Shown piece after piece: positions 10,870 through 22,700 of a DNA stretch of 46,114 bases; position 1 is the stretch's first letter, and each line of letters opens with the position of its first letter. Both the position numbers and the translations under genes were made by a program. The notes under the pieces are model-generated. The model did no database searches, was not told where the DNA came from, and saw only the letters and a program-made list of their open reading frames with translations. Location of the stretch: contig NC_068982.1 of NCBI RefSeq assembly GCF_001194135.2, positions 90,567,584 through 90,613,697 on the forward strand. Direction: 5' to 3'. The DNA comes from Octopus bimaculoides. Taxonomy: Eukaryota.

Positions 10870-12700
10870 GTTGCTGATGGCGAACTGAGGAAGTGCCTCA
10901 AAACTGGATTGATGCTATTTTAGTCTCCTTGTATAAATCTAAGCCAAAGGATACATGTAGTAATTTTCGTGGGATGTCGCTTTTGTCTGTAGTTGGAAAG
11001 GTAGTCGCTTGCATTCTGTTAGAACATTTAAATATCTTCATAGTGCCTGAGTCTCAATGTGGTTTTCTCCCCTATAGGAGCACAGTTCATTGTATCTTTA
11101 CTGTCAGACAATTTCAGGAAAAGTTCATTGAACAGAATCCTACCCTATATCACTGCAAGATATTCGATATTGCTAGTCTAAATGCTCTGTGGCTAATTCT
11201 AAGGAAAATAGGTTGCCCAGAAAAATTTATAAATATGCTCAGGGTTTTACATCAAGATATAAAGGCTAGAGTTAATTTTGATGGTGGGCTTTCTGAATCT
11301 TTTGCCATAGAAGATAGAGTAAAGCAAGGATGCCTTGATGCACCCACCCTCTTTGCAATATACTTTGATGTTGGGGCAGAATCGTTAGCACGCCGGGCGA
11401 AATACTTAGAGATATTTCGTCTGTCGTTACATTCTGAGTTCAAATTCCGTTATGGTCGACTTTGCCTTTCATCCTTTCGGGGTCGATTAAATAAGTATCA
11501 GTTACGCACTGGGGTCGATGTAATCAATTTAATCCCTTTGTCTGTCCTTGTTTTCCCCTCTATGTTTATCCTGCTGTAGACAATAAAGAAATAAATATAC
11601 TTTGCTGTTGTGCTGTCATACGCTTTTCAACACACCAAGGAGGGTATTTACATAAAATATCTAACAACAGAATGAAATTCAAAACAGTTTTTTACTTTAC
11701 TCATTAGGGAACTCTTGTTCGCTGATGAATGCGATCGAGTCAGTCACTCTGAAAAAGGCCTGCAGTCCCTTGTATCTGTACTTGACTCAACTTGTGATGA
11801 CTTTGGCTTGACCATCAATTTGAAGAAAAAACAGGTGTATCAAATTTCAAGTGGTGCTGTTTGCAACCCACCTAAAATTTTCGATAAGGGTAGGTTACTT
11901 GAAGTTATTGACTCTTTCATCTACCTCGGAAGCTCAGTACAAAATGATGGAAATCTGGATACAAAAATACATCTGCGAATTCAAGGGGCAGCCCAAGCGT
12001 TCGGTGGTTTAGAGTCACCCGCTTGGCGCCAACGACATATAGATAACATAAAATTAGCTCTTTACAAATCGTTTGTCTTATCATTCCTGTTATATTCCTC
12101 TGAAACATGGACATTTTATTAAAGATATTTCAAAATGTTAGAGGCATCGCTTCAATTAAATCAATGATTCTGAAAAATCAAATTAGATGGTCTGGCCATA
12201 TAGTTCGAATTCCGGATGATCGCACACCCAAACAGCAGTTTTATGGCGAGCTTGCGGAGAGGAAACGCAATCGGTGTAAACCTAACAAGAGGTTTCAGGA
12301 CGGCATAAGTACTACCATGAATCAATTGGAATGGATCCAAAGGCCCTAGAAAGCCTTGCTTCGGATCGAGCTGAATGGCGAACAAAAGTGTGGAGTGGAG
12401 TGAATGCTGTTGAGGATGCCAGAACATGCAATACTCAAAACAGGTTTAAAGAAGAATGTTGCGATTAACGAGAAAAAGCATCTCGGCGACTTTTTTGCGT
12501 GCACAGTCTCCAACAGACCATCCTTTTCTTTTGCTTGGCTCAAATCTCATTTGCGGACCCATGAAAAACGAACCTCTACCAACTACTCTGCCTATATATC
12601 TGTGTACACCTTTCAATGCCGTGTATGCCATAAGGTCTGCGATTCTAACGGAGGTTTCACAAGACATTTTACGATATACAAAGCCAGAACTTAACTGCAG
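10870..12700 (+). mobile_element. 5'-truncated RTE-clade non-LTR retrotransposon (RT and C-terminal domain), pseudogenised
   Basis: VPQNWIDAILVSLYK..NFRGMSLLSVVGK, PESQCGF, VKQGCLDAPTLF, LLFADE (FADD motif), FGLTINLKK, FIYLGS, LLYSSETWT, IRWSGHIVRIPDDRTPKQQFYGEL, and terminal C2H2-like motifs. Several stops and frameshifts. Confidence 0.93.
11374..11593 (+). mobile_element. SINE family A (tRNA-derived), near full length, inserted into the RTE RT with a 17-bp TSD
   Basis: A-box GGCAGAATCGTTAG, B-box GAGTTCAAATTCC, core GTCGACTTTGCCTTTCATCCTTTCGGGGTCGAT. TSD AATATACTTTG(A/C)TGTTG at 11357-11373 and 11594-11610. Confidence 0.93.
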
Positions 12701-14824
12701 CTCATGGTGGTATATCAGATATGCAATCTATGTAGGTGTCTTTTCAATATATTGTCTGGTTTAAAAAGCCACATCAAATGCCATGATGGATTTAAGGTGT
12801 AAATACAAGAAGTGGTGAAACTCTGCATAAGGAGTAGACAACCACAGTAGCATTTACATGGCCATCTCTCACCATGAGGCTTTTATGTAGGAAAAAGAAG
12901 AGGATTCTCAATATAAAAAAAATAAAGTGAAGTGAAAATCTTTTTATCATAGGTTTCCTGAGTAATGGCAGACCTAAGCATTTATGTTTCAAGAATGTTT
13001 CCGGCTTAAAAGGGAAAAATTGCTGTGACTTTCTATCATTCCGTATTTATTTACTTTCGCGTCTTTGTGTACTTCCCGATTCATCCACCCCCTTATTTTT
13101 ATGCAAAGTTATTCATAAGTATTCACTTCAAGTACCTGATTCCACTAAATAATCCCTCTATATATCAAAGCTCACGTCACTAGAAATGTACTAGCTGAAG
13201 CTAACATGTGAGTGCTATTAACAAGAATCACGACCATTATTTTTAAGGGTCGTATTCAATCAACTGAATCGATACAAATACCGAATGAAAGACTAAGTTG
13301 TTACTGTAGATATGCAAGTTCAGGAATTAAGTAACGTATTCCAGCATATTTTATATTTTCCACCCACTTACTAGACACGATATACTAGACAATATACTGA
13401 AATTCTTCTATCTTTTACAACCAGTAAGTAATGACACATTTTTAAAATAACCATTGAAGACTCACAAGAACACCTGATTTTATGACAGGTGAGTGCATCA
13501 TAAGAGTGAATAGTGAAATGATGATACAGTAACTAAAAAAATCAAACGAAGATCTGGCTGATGAAACAATACTAAATTATTATGAAGGATGAACTGAGCT
13601 GCGATATTCATCCGTTTCAATTTTAAACCGGATCATTATTTTGTACTCATTTTTTCAGATATTTACTTCTCACTCTGAGATATACACCACGCATAGAACA
13701 AATTTTACTTCTTTTTCAATATACTGCGATGTCTAGTAGATGTGTATGCCTTTCTCAACGTCATTAGCGATGTACGTTATGTGAAACAATATCAACGGAG
13801 ATGTGAATTCGTGAAAAAGTTTTCGGCTTACTGGGAGTTTAACACCTGCTCTTGGGCAATAGTTGCACATAGAAAAAATATCGATTTCTCACAATAGCAC
13901 GAAACAGGAAATAATACATGTTAAATTAGATAACGCTACATACTTGTTTAGCAACTACTTTTTATTTACATATGTGTTAATACAATTTCAGTTCAAAGCA
14001 GTTACGCTGAAAAACGTGTTCTAAGTTGTTGTAACCATGGGGTATACAACGGCCGAGGTTATTACCGAATTTGTTGTCATGAAATTAAATTAATTAAAAG
14101 CTCTTTTGTTTCGTTTAATTCCCGGTAGTTTCCTTTTAAATAGCTTCATTAAAACTTATATAACGAAATGTTTCTTTTATATTCAGCAAGTTGTTTTGAT
14201 TCAAATACAGAGATGGATAGACGTTAACACCGAGATCAATTCTAAATCATTCCTCATGGATTTAATTTCAGAATTTTATATTGAGGTTCATAGACGTAAA
14301 GGCTGTTTATGTTAGGCTTCTATCAAATACGTTTTCCTGTCTAAATTTCAATATATTTCTCTCTCGCAATGGAAACAACCCTATCGCTGGCTATAGAGGA
14401 AGTCACACATGGATGTGGTCGCACAATTTACTAATAAATGCACTTTTAATCTTAGCCTACCGTTTGAAAAAGAAACATTTTGGTTTATGTAAATTGAGAT
14501 ATACTATGACAAAATAAAAATCGATTGTCATGGCTGGGACGGCTTGAATTAGATGTCTTATCCAATATTGAAAGGACAGCTGAATACCAGTGTTGTTGTT
14601 ATTATTATTTCAAGGTGGCAGATAGACAAAATCCTTAGCAGCGGGGTGGGAGGCAGAAATGCCTTGTGTTATGTGTTGCAGCATTTTTTTTTTTTTACAT
14701 TCTCAGGTCGAATACCGCCGAGGTTAGCTTTGTTTTTTTACCTGAGTTAAAACAACTGTAATACTAATTTGGGCACAGAAACGAGAGATGAAGTATTAGT
14801 CCAGACTATTGATCACGGCATTTG

Positions 14825-14968
14825 ACTTGTACTTTATTTTATCGATCCCGATTAGATAAAGAGTAAAGTTAACCTCGGAGGAATTTGAACTTCAGATGTT
14901 AAAACCAGGACAAAGACCACGAGATGTTTTACTGACCCTTTAGCTATTCTGCCAATTCACTGGCCTAC
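14825..14968 (-). mobile_element. SINE family A, degenerate
   Basis: GTACTTTATTTTATCGATCCCG..AAAGTTAACCTCGGAGGAATTTGAACT..ATTCTGCCA. Confidence 0.75.
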
Positions 14969-15049
14969 AACAGAAACAATGATTGTATCTAAAAAAAAAG
15001 GCAGAAAACTTGAAATTTTGCACAGAGATGTTAGTCAATCAAATCTATT

Positions 15050-15185
15050 TCAGTTCTCAACTGGTGTTTTATTTTGTTGACTCTGGAGGAATTAACGGTA
15101 AAGCTAATTTTGGGGACTGGGCGTATTTGAACTCAGAACGCAAAGAGACGAGACTGCAGAACACTTTTGAGGCCCTCTAGCGGCC
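15050..15185 (-). mobile_element. SINE family A, highly degenerate
   Basis: CTCAACTGGT..TTATTTT..ATTTGAACTCAGAACGCAAAG. Confidence 0.6.
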
Positions 15186-16537
15186 CTTGTCAGTCGACCG
15201 CCCTAAAACATTAATACTTGTTTTGAATTTAGACACAAGGCCAACAATCTTGAAGGGAACGGAATCAGTTGATACCATCGCCCCCACCCCCACCCTGATA
15301 CTTTATGCTGCCGTCTCTGAAGGGAAGGAAAAAAACAAAGCTAACCTCGGCGGTATTCGACCTGAGAATGTAAAAACAAATGCTGCAACACATAACACAA
15401 GGCCTTTCTGTCCCCCACCCCGCTGCTAAGGATTTTGTCTATCTGCCACCTTGAAATAACAATAACAACAACACTGGTCATCAGCTGTCCTTTCAATACT
15501 GAATTTATCTACTATGGAGTGAGACATTAAATGTAAGAAGTAGGCAACAAAAGAAAAAGAACGAAAAAGAAAGAAAAGAAAAGAAAAGAAAAAACACCCA
15601 ATTGTTGTAAATTGAACGTACCAGTGTTTTATCGATATTTTTAAAATGCATAATGTATCATACTTTGAAGCAATGAAATCCACAAAAACACAGACCTCAG
15701 AATAACCTTTTGTCACTTTACGTGTATATTTACACAGTCTATTCTGCTATGGTTGTGACAGAACCAAAGTAAATGATGTGTTACTAATGCTTCTATCATA
15801 CAATACATAACTGGTTTTCAATACATTAAATTTCGTTGCGTTCTGAGGATCAAACGATAATTCTGTGGCGCAATTTGCACAGAAAGCTAAATGTTTAGTT
15901 TAAAATTATATCAAGAAAAAGAATAGATATAGAAAAGTATTGTGAATGCTTTGTAATAAATTGTATTTATGTATAACGAGATGAATAACGTACCTTTCAA
16001 CTATTAATATGGATTTTCTATGGTTTTAAACCATATTTCTTGTAAAATCCCAAGTGCACTTGGACATCACTTGCAACACATTGTCTGTGGACACGGAGAC
16101 CAAAACTCGCAAACGTGCTTGAACTTCAAGCTAACGAAATTCTTATTATTGACATTGCTGCCTCAATCATTTAAGATATTTTAGTCTCTAATATCAATTT
16201 ACAGTGAAAACTAGTCAACAAGGAAACCTATGTGCTGTTGCTCGACTTTCAAAAATGACTAGGTGCCAAATATGACTAAACTTACACATTTCCGTCTCAG
16301 AAAAAGGAAACATGAAATTATGCAGCCGTACTGGAATAATGTCGTGATACATACACTATATCCATTTCGTTTTCATCCGCTTTTTACTGGTTTTAGTCAT
16401 TCAAACAAATCGACTTCAGTTCTCATTTTCAAAGTTTGGGACTCAGTCTATTGTCTTCTTTTGCAGAACAACTAAGAACGGGGACGTAAACGAACACTGG
16501 TTGTCAAGCAGGGTTAAGGACACACGCATACACACAT

Positions 16538-16569
<32 letters not shown>

Positions 16570-16578
<9 letters not shown>

Positions 16579-16850
16579 CGACGGGTTTCTTTCAGTTCCG
16601 GTCTACCAAATCTACTCACAATGCTTTGGTCAGACCGAGGCTATAGTAGAAGACACTTGGCCAAGGTGCCACGCAGTGGGATTGAACTCGGAATCATACG
16701 ATTGGGAGGAAACTTCCTATCACGCAGCCATTCCACTCACATGGATTTAGACGGCCCGGGGGCTATAGTAGAAGACATCTGACCAAGGAGTCCCACAGTG
16801 GATCCCAACACATGACTTAATGGTTAGAATGCAAGCTTGTTACCCACTCA
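16570..16850 (-). mobile_element. SINE family B (tRNA head, TTGGGCAAGTGTCTTCTACTATAGCC core, (TG)n-associated), followed by a second partial copy
   Basis: GACGGGTTTCTTTCAGTTCCGGTCTACCAAATC..GGCTATAGTAGAAGACACTTGGCCAAGGTGCCACGCAGTGGGATTGAAC. The core repeats at 16760-16800. Confidence 0.85.
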
Positions 16851-17214
16851 GTGACATATAAATGTATATAACTGAATGAGGCTAAACAACAACGTACAGT
16901 GTAGTATATTAGACTAGCAAGAGTTAAGTATTTTGCCATCTTATCTCAAAGGTGAAAATAAGAAACACTGATACCGAGCTTGTTGTTCCATACGACATTG
17001 AAATAAACTACTTTTGACGAAACCTTTACATGGAGTCTCGAGCTGCTAGAAATAACAGCGAAATACACTTTATCACTTACCTAATCGTCACAAGAAAAGG
17101 GCAGGGCTGATTATATATTGGATAGTGTATTTAGGAGACATTATACCCGAGAGGAAAAACAAAATCAAATGGTCAAACCTCAACTGCTATTTATCTGATT
17201 CTTCAGGTTCTTTT

Positions 17215-17335
17215 GTATGGCAGTGCGAAGATTGTGGTTTCGATTCCTGAACAGGGCGTCGCGTTGCGTTCTTGAACAAAACACTTCATTTCGCGTCGCC
17301 CTAGTCCACTCAGCTGGCAAAATGAGTAATACGTG
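17215..17335 (+). mobile_element. tRNA-derived SINE, family E
   Basis: B-box GGTTTCGATTCC followed by CTTGAACAAAACACTTCATTTC..GTCCACTCAGCTGGCAAAATGAGT. Confidence 0.65.
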
Positions 17336-17619
17336 CGCCATGGAAACCGCGAAAGCGGCCTTATTAGTCCATTTGACTCGGGAAGAAACTCAGACTGTTT
17401 TATGTCTTAAAAAAGAAGAAAAGTGCCCATAAATTCTGCAGGACTCTCAAAACATAATTGAGGAAAGAGACTTATCACTTTACAAAAAAGGGAAGGACAC
17501 ATTGCATGTAGTGTCCTTCAAATACTCTATCTAGCCATAGATATATTACAATTTTAATGCCCTGTAACATAGGTCTCCATCAGGGCTGACCGGAGATTAT
17601 AATGACTAATTACTTTAAA

Positions 17620-17828
17620 TATTGATTTCAAGTTTTGGCTCAAGGCCAGCAATTTCGAGGGATGGGCTAAGTCGATGATATCGAACCCAGTACTCAACTG
17701 GTACTTATGTTATTAATGAAAAGCAAAGTTGACCTTGGCGGAATTTGAACTCAGATCCTGAAGACCGACGAAATGCCGCCAAGCATTTTGCCTGACATGC
17801 AAGCGATTTGGACAGTTTACCGCCTTAT
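17620..17828 (-). mobile_element. SINE family A, near full length
   Basis: Antisense tail (CAAGGCCAGCAATTTC), core (CAACTGGTACTTA..GCAAAGTTGACCTTGGCGGAATTTGAACTCAG) and head (GAAATGCCGCCAAGCATTTTGCC..CCGCC). Confidence 0.88.
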
Positions 17829-17989
17829 AATTACTTCAAATATTAAAAAAAAACCTTAGCTATCATAAAAACTAGGTCGCTATCCGTCGCTACGCTGCTG
17901 TAAAAAATATTTGTTACTCATGCACATACCTTCATAAATTGTTCAAGGTAAAAGTGTTTTTATAAAGACTCTGATTCGTTGTGTATATG

Positions 17990-17991
<2 letters not shown>

Positions 17992-18052
<61 letters not shown>

Positions 18053-18223
18053 ACACACGAACATACATCGAAAAGTAAATATATGTAATCGACTTTGAAT
18101 TCCGTGCTGCGTTTTGTTGACAGTCTTGTAATTAAGATACCTGCGTTTTAAATTAACACTTGTTAGTTACTATGGTGACAACACTACCCACCTACCTACT
18201 ACGTTTCTAGCTATCTATCTACA

Positions 18224-18317
<94 letters not shown>

Positions 18318-18320
18318 CTC
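17992..18320 (+). repeat. (CA)n at 17992-18058 and (CA)n(CT)n at 18222-18320
   Basis: Read directly. Confidence 0.95.
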
Positions 18321-19331
18321 CCGCATATCCTATTTCTCTCTCAACAACTTTTTCTCCTCCCTTTCTTCTAAATATATATTGTGACAGGGGTTATCTCCAA
18401 TTTGAGTTTACTTTTGAAGCGAAAGAAACCTAGAAGTTACCGTCACAGCAAAAAATTGTATAGAATTCGTTTATAGAATTAGAGAATTAGGATTTGATCG
18501 CATTTTTTTTTTTGCTTTTAATTTTAATAAGTGACAATTATATTCATAGATGAAATACATTTATGAAAGAAAACTCATAACTTAATATTTTTTGTTAATG
18601 CTAATCCCACTAAAACAAGAAAAAAGTTACTTTGTAGTTCTTTTTTTAAGATGGATTTATGGATCAATAAATGCAAATGGTGGCGTGTTCGTTAATTATG
18701 TTAACGTCAATAGAAGCTAATATAAAAGAAAATAAGCGTCTGTTGTATAGCCGACAGTAATCTCCATGACACCCAACAACGCATTAACATCTATGCGAAC
18801 CATCAATCAACTTATAACAAAGTTAACAAAACGAGGAAAGAAAAACAAAAAACGAAACATAAATAGAAAGGAGCTAAATGAACGGAGGACGTACTAATTA
18901 TCACAGACTTTTACTTCACTAAGTTATAAAAGAACGAAAATATGATCTGAAACAGATAATGTTTTGTCATGAGGCTGAGTTAGAAACTTTAAAAATGCAA
19001 CACAGAGTGTAGTTCTAACTATAACAACAGCCGTTCAAAAGTATGGTGAAATAGATTCTTTGTGTGGTAGTTAGTTGTTTATGAGTTTACATATATTTTA
19101 ATTTAACTTTCTATTCGTAGAGGATAGAGGTTTTAATAGGTTAATTACAACGGTACTCAAATATTATTTAAGGGAAGGGGTAATTATAGGTTAATTAGAT
19201 CTGTTTTCATGGATTCCGGCGTGACCTTGTTTGACACCTTAAGTTGTCTATACATCTGTTATATAGCTAATAAAAAACAGCCTGGCGTTATGAAGATGAA
19301 ACAAGATCAATACAATATATATATATATATA

Positions 19332-20199
19332 NNNNNNNNNNNNNNNNNNNNNNNNNNNNNNNNNNNNNNNNNNNNNNNNNNNNNNNNNNNNNNNNNNNNN
19401 NNNNNNNNNNNNNNNNNNNNNNNNNNNNNNNNNNNNNNNNNNNNNNNNNNNNNNNNNNNNNNNNNNNNNNNNNNNNNNNNNNNNNNNNNNNNNNNNNNNN
19501 NNNNNNNNNNNNNNNNNNNNNNNNNNNNNNNNNNNNNNNNNNNNNNNNNNNNNNNNNNNNNNNNNNNNNNNNNNNNNNNNNNNNNNNNNNNNNNNNNNNN
19601 NNNNNNNNNNNNNNNNNNNNNNNNNNNNNNNNNNNNNNNNNNNNNNNNNNNNNNNNNNNNNNNNNNNNNNNNNNNNNNNNNNNNNNNNNNNNNNNNNNNN
19701 NNNNNNNNNNNNNNNNNNNNNNNNNNNNNNNNNNNNNNNNNNNNNNNNNNNNNNNNNNNNNNNNNNNNNNNNNNNNNNNNNNNNNNNNNNNNNNNNNNNN
19801 NNNNNNNNNNNNNNNNNNNNNNNNNNNNNNNNNNNNNNNNNNNNNNNNNNNNNNNNNNNNNNNNNNNNNNNNNNNNNNNNNNNNNNNNNNNNNNNNNNNN
19901 NNNNNNNNNNNNNNNNNNNNNNNNNNNNNNNNNNNNNNNNNNNNNNNNNNNNNNNNNNNNNNNNNNNNNNNNNNNNNNNNNNNNNNNNNNNNNNNNNNNN
20001 NNNNNNNNNNNNNNNNNNNNNNNNNNNNNNNNNNNNNNNNNNNNNNNNNNNNNNNNNNNNNNNNNNNNNNNNNNNNNNNNNNNNNNNNNNNNNNNNNNNN
20101 NNNNNNNNNNNNNNNNNNNNNNNNNNNNNNNNNNNNNNNNNNNNNNNNNNNNNNNNNNNNNNNNNNNNNNNNNNNNNNNNNNNNNNNNNNNNNNNNNNN
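19332..20199. other. Assembly gap flanked by (TA)n and (TACA)n
   Basis: N run; explains the 330-430 aa X-filled ORFs. Confidence 0.99.
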
Positions 20200-22174
20200 A
20201 TATATATATATATATACATATATATACATACATACATACATACATACATATGCATGCAACACAATGAATACACACGTATATACACCAATGTATATACAAC
20301 GATTTCTACATAGATACATGCATACATACATACATACATACATACATACATACATACATACATACATACATACATGCATACATACATACAATATATATAA
20401 ACAAAAGAATCAGATGCGATTGGCTGAATGAATGAGTGATGAAAGATAAAAAATGTAAGAGAACAGCGAGGACAGGTCGATAATGAGACTGTCGTCTGCA
20501 TGAAATAAATCCGATTAGTCATTACATTGCTCATTGATCAACTCTCTCTCTCTCTTTCTCTCTCTCTGTGTCTGTCTATCTCCCTCTCCCTCTCTCTCTC
20601 CCTCTCTTCATTTTTCTTGAGAAACAATAAAACTTTTTAATCAATCTAATAGCTCAGTTGAAGCAAAAGGCTACAAATTCAAAAGTATGTTCAGAAATTC
20701 ACCCACCCCACCATGACTATCCGAAAAATGGTTTTTAATATCTTTAATCCCTTATTTGCTTCAAGACATTAGAATGTTACCATGCCGAAGCATCACCTGG
20801 AAGAATTTTGGTCGAATGAATCAACCCCGGTACTTTTTCTTTCATTTTATTTTGGAAAGAGTTAACAACCTTTTCATTTAGTGATTGACTGAAAGGTGAA
20901 GATGGAGATCTCGGAATGTACGAAAAATATAAAGTAGGATAAACAAAAGAATTTCTTCGCATTCTTAACCAATTCCAGATACTGAATCGATATTTCATCC
21001 TCCCGCTAGCATGAATTATTTTGCTATATTCGATTTAAAAGGAATATCACGTCAGATAGAAATATGTTCTGAGTTTAATCTACTCTAAAATAAAATCGAC
21101 GCTTTCTAAGAGCTAACAGTTTTTAAGCGTATGGAAAGATAGTTTTATTTATAAGGATTGGTAAATGAAATTTTCCTCTTATTGTATCTTTCAGAGAAAA
21201 CAAAACAGCTGTCAAATAAGTGAATTTGAATTGGTACTTTAGAATTGTCTCGACTGAAATATTAATCATTTTGTCAACATCATGTTAACCAGTCAAAATA
21301 CTGTAAAAATCTTATGGAAATTTCGTTTGTTATTCATTTTAATTAGCTTTACACTTTGTGAACAACGACGTCGTTCACAGCATTTAAGATTGTAAAAGTG
21401 GCAAGATATTGTTTGTACAAATTGGTTGGAATAGATACTGTAAGGTACTTCTTCCTACAGCATTAGCTTATAGGTTTTCTCACCGATATTTACTCTTTTC
21501 GCTGAAAGGTACACACACAAGGATTATAATATATACAGCTCTATAATTTTAAAGGAAATCACTGGCCTGATATTATAGGTCTCGTAAGAATATCTTCTCA
21601 GGGATTCAAAGCCCGATTTAATAGATACGAGGATATTCTAACGAAACCTACGGCATCAGATTTGTATATTTGTATGTTAGAGCTCAATTTGTGCCTCTAT
21701 AAGAAAACTATATATTGAAATCATTATGTTTTACAGGAAAAAAACGTAACAGAACGCACTTTCTAATTTCTGTGGTTCTTCTTAACAATGTTGTTTTTTA
21801 AATGCAGATGTCAGATTAACTTAAATAATTATCTGTTATTTTTTTATGTCACTTTTTAATTGTTAAATAAAAGTGATAAGAGTGGTGTCGGTCCAGAAGG
21901 CAAAAGAGAATGTCACATGACTGCTTTTATTGAAACATTGAGGTAAACATAAGCACACACACACACACACATAGACACATGCATGACGCACGCATTTGAC
22001 ACACATATTAGTAGTAGAATTGATTGTGTTAGACAATGAACTAGAATAATGCATGAAATGAAAGCGATAACACGCAGAAAAGATTTGTCAGTGGAGCCTG
22101 AGATAAAATCGACTGCATGTTGGTTAAACTTATGCATCATATTACTTTCTACAATAGACAGAAGAGGGTGTGAT

Positions 22175-22300
22175 TAGTCGATTAGAACCACACCATTGCT
22201 CAACTGGTGTTTATTGTATGGACGTCAAAAGGATGAAATGCAGAGTCTACCTACGCAGCATTTGAACTCAGTACTTAAAACCTGGAGAAAAACCACTATT
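22175..22300 (-). mobile_element. SINE family A, degenerate
   Basis: GCTCAACTGGT..AAAGGATGAAATGCAGAGTCTACCT..ATTTGAACTCAG. Confidence 0.7.
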
Positions 22301-22589
22301 CGCTATAGTAAAACAGCTCCAATTTCATTAACAATCTTCCGAGTGCCGTGAAAAAGGGGGCAACACATTTTAAGTTTATATTTCGGCATTATTACTGACA
22401 AAATGACTAACTAGATCAGTAATGAAACAACTATTCAGAAAATTTTCTATGTAATTTAGATGTTGATCGGAAGTAAATATGGATAACTAGTGAGCAAATT
22501 ATCAAGATTATATTCAAACGCATATCCGACAAAGAAAGAAAACAACATGGGGCCCCAATTTTTAAAGCCGGTATATGTATGAAAGTCTA

Positions 22590-22700
22590 TTGAATCGATC
22601 CCTGTACTATTGGCGTTCATTTTATTAGCATCTCTTACCAGAGATAACTAATGTCGATGCTGGGTGGAAATTGAACATATAGAAGGGAGTATTTAAAGTA
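22590..22700 (-). mobile_element. SINE family A, very degenerate
   Basis: ATCGATCCCTGTACT..CATTTTATT..GTCGATGCTGGGTGGAAATTGAAC. Confidence 0.45.

Larger units (their letters stand above)
14566..15498. repeat. Inverted repeat: arms 14566-14739 and 15329-15498 (~170 bp, above 90% identity by eye)
   Basis: The arms are reverse complements and include non-SINE flank plus a degenerate SINE-A head. Confidence 0.93.

Noticed and set aside
10893-11579. 228-aa ORF as a functional host gene
   Set aside because: RT fragment fused to SINE sequence, starting at GTG and lacking the catalytic motif.
12404-12694. Host C2H2 zinc-finger gene
   Set aside because: Contiguous with the RTE C-terminal domain and decayed.
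13425-13488. Exon-like segment with good acceptor and CAG|GTGAGT donor
   Set aside because: Stop codons in all three frames.
16050-16063. 14-bp perfect palindrome CCAAGTGCACTTGG
   Set aside because: Isolated, with no repeat or structural context.
21550-21720. IIGL..FKARFNRY as a GIY-YIG remnant
   Set aside because: Motif spacing is wrong and there are no supporting flanking motifs.
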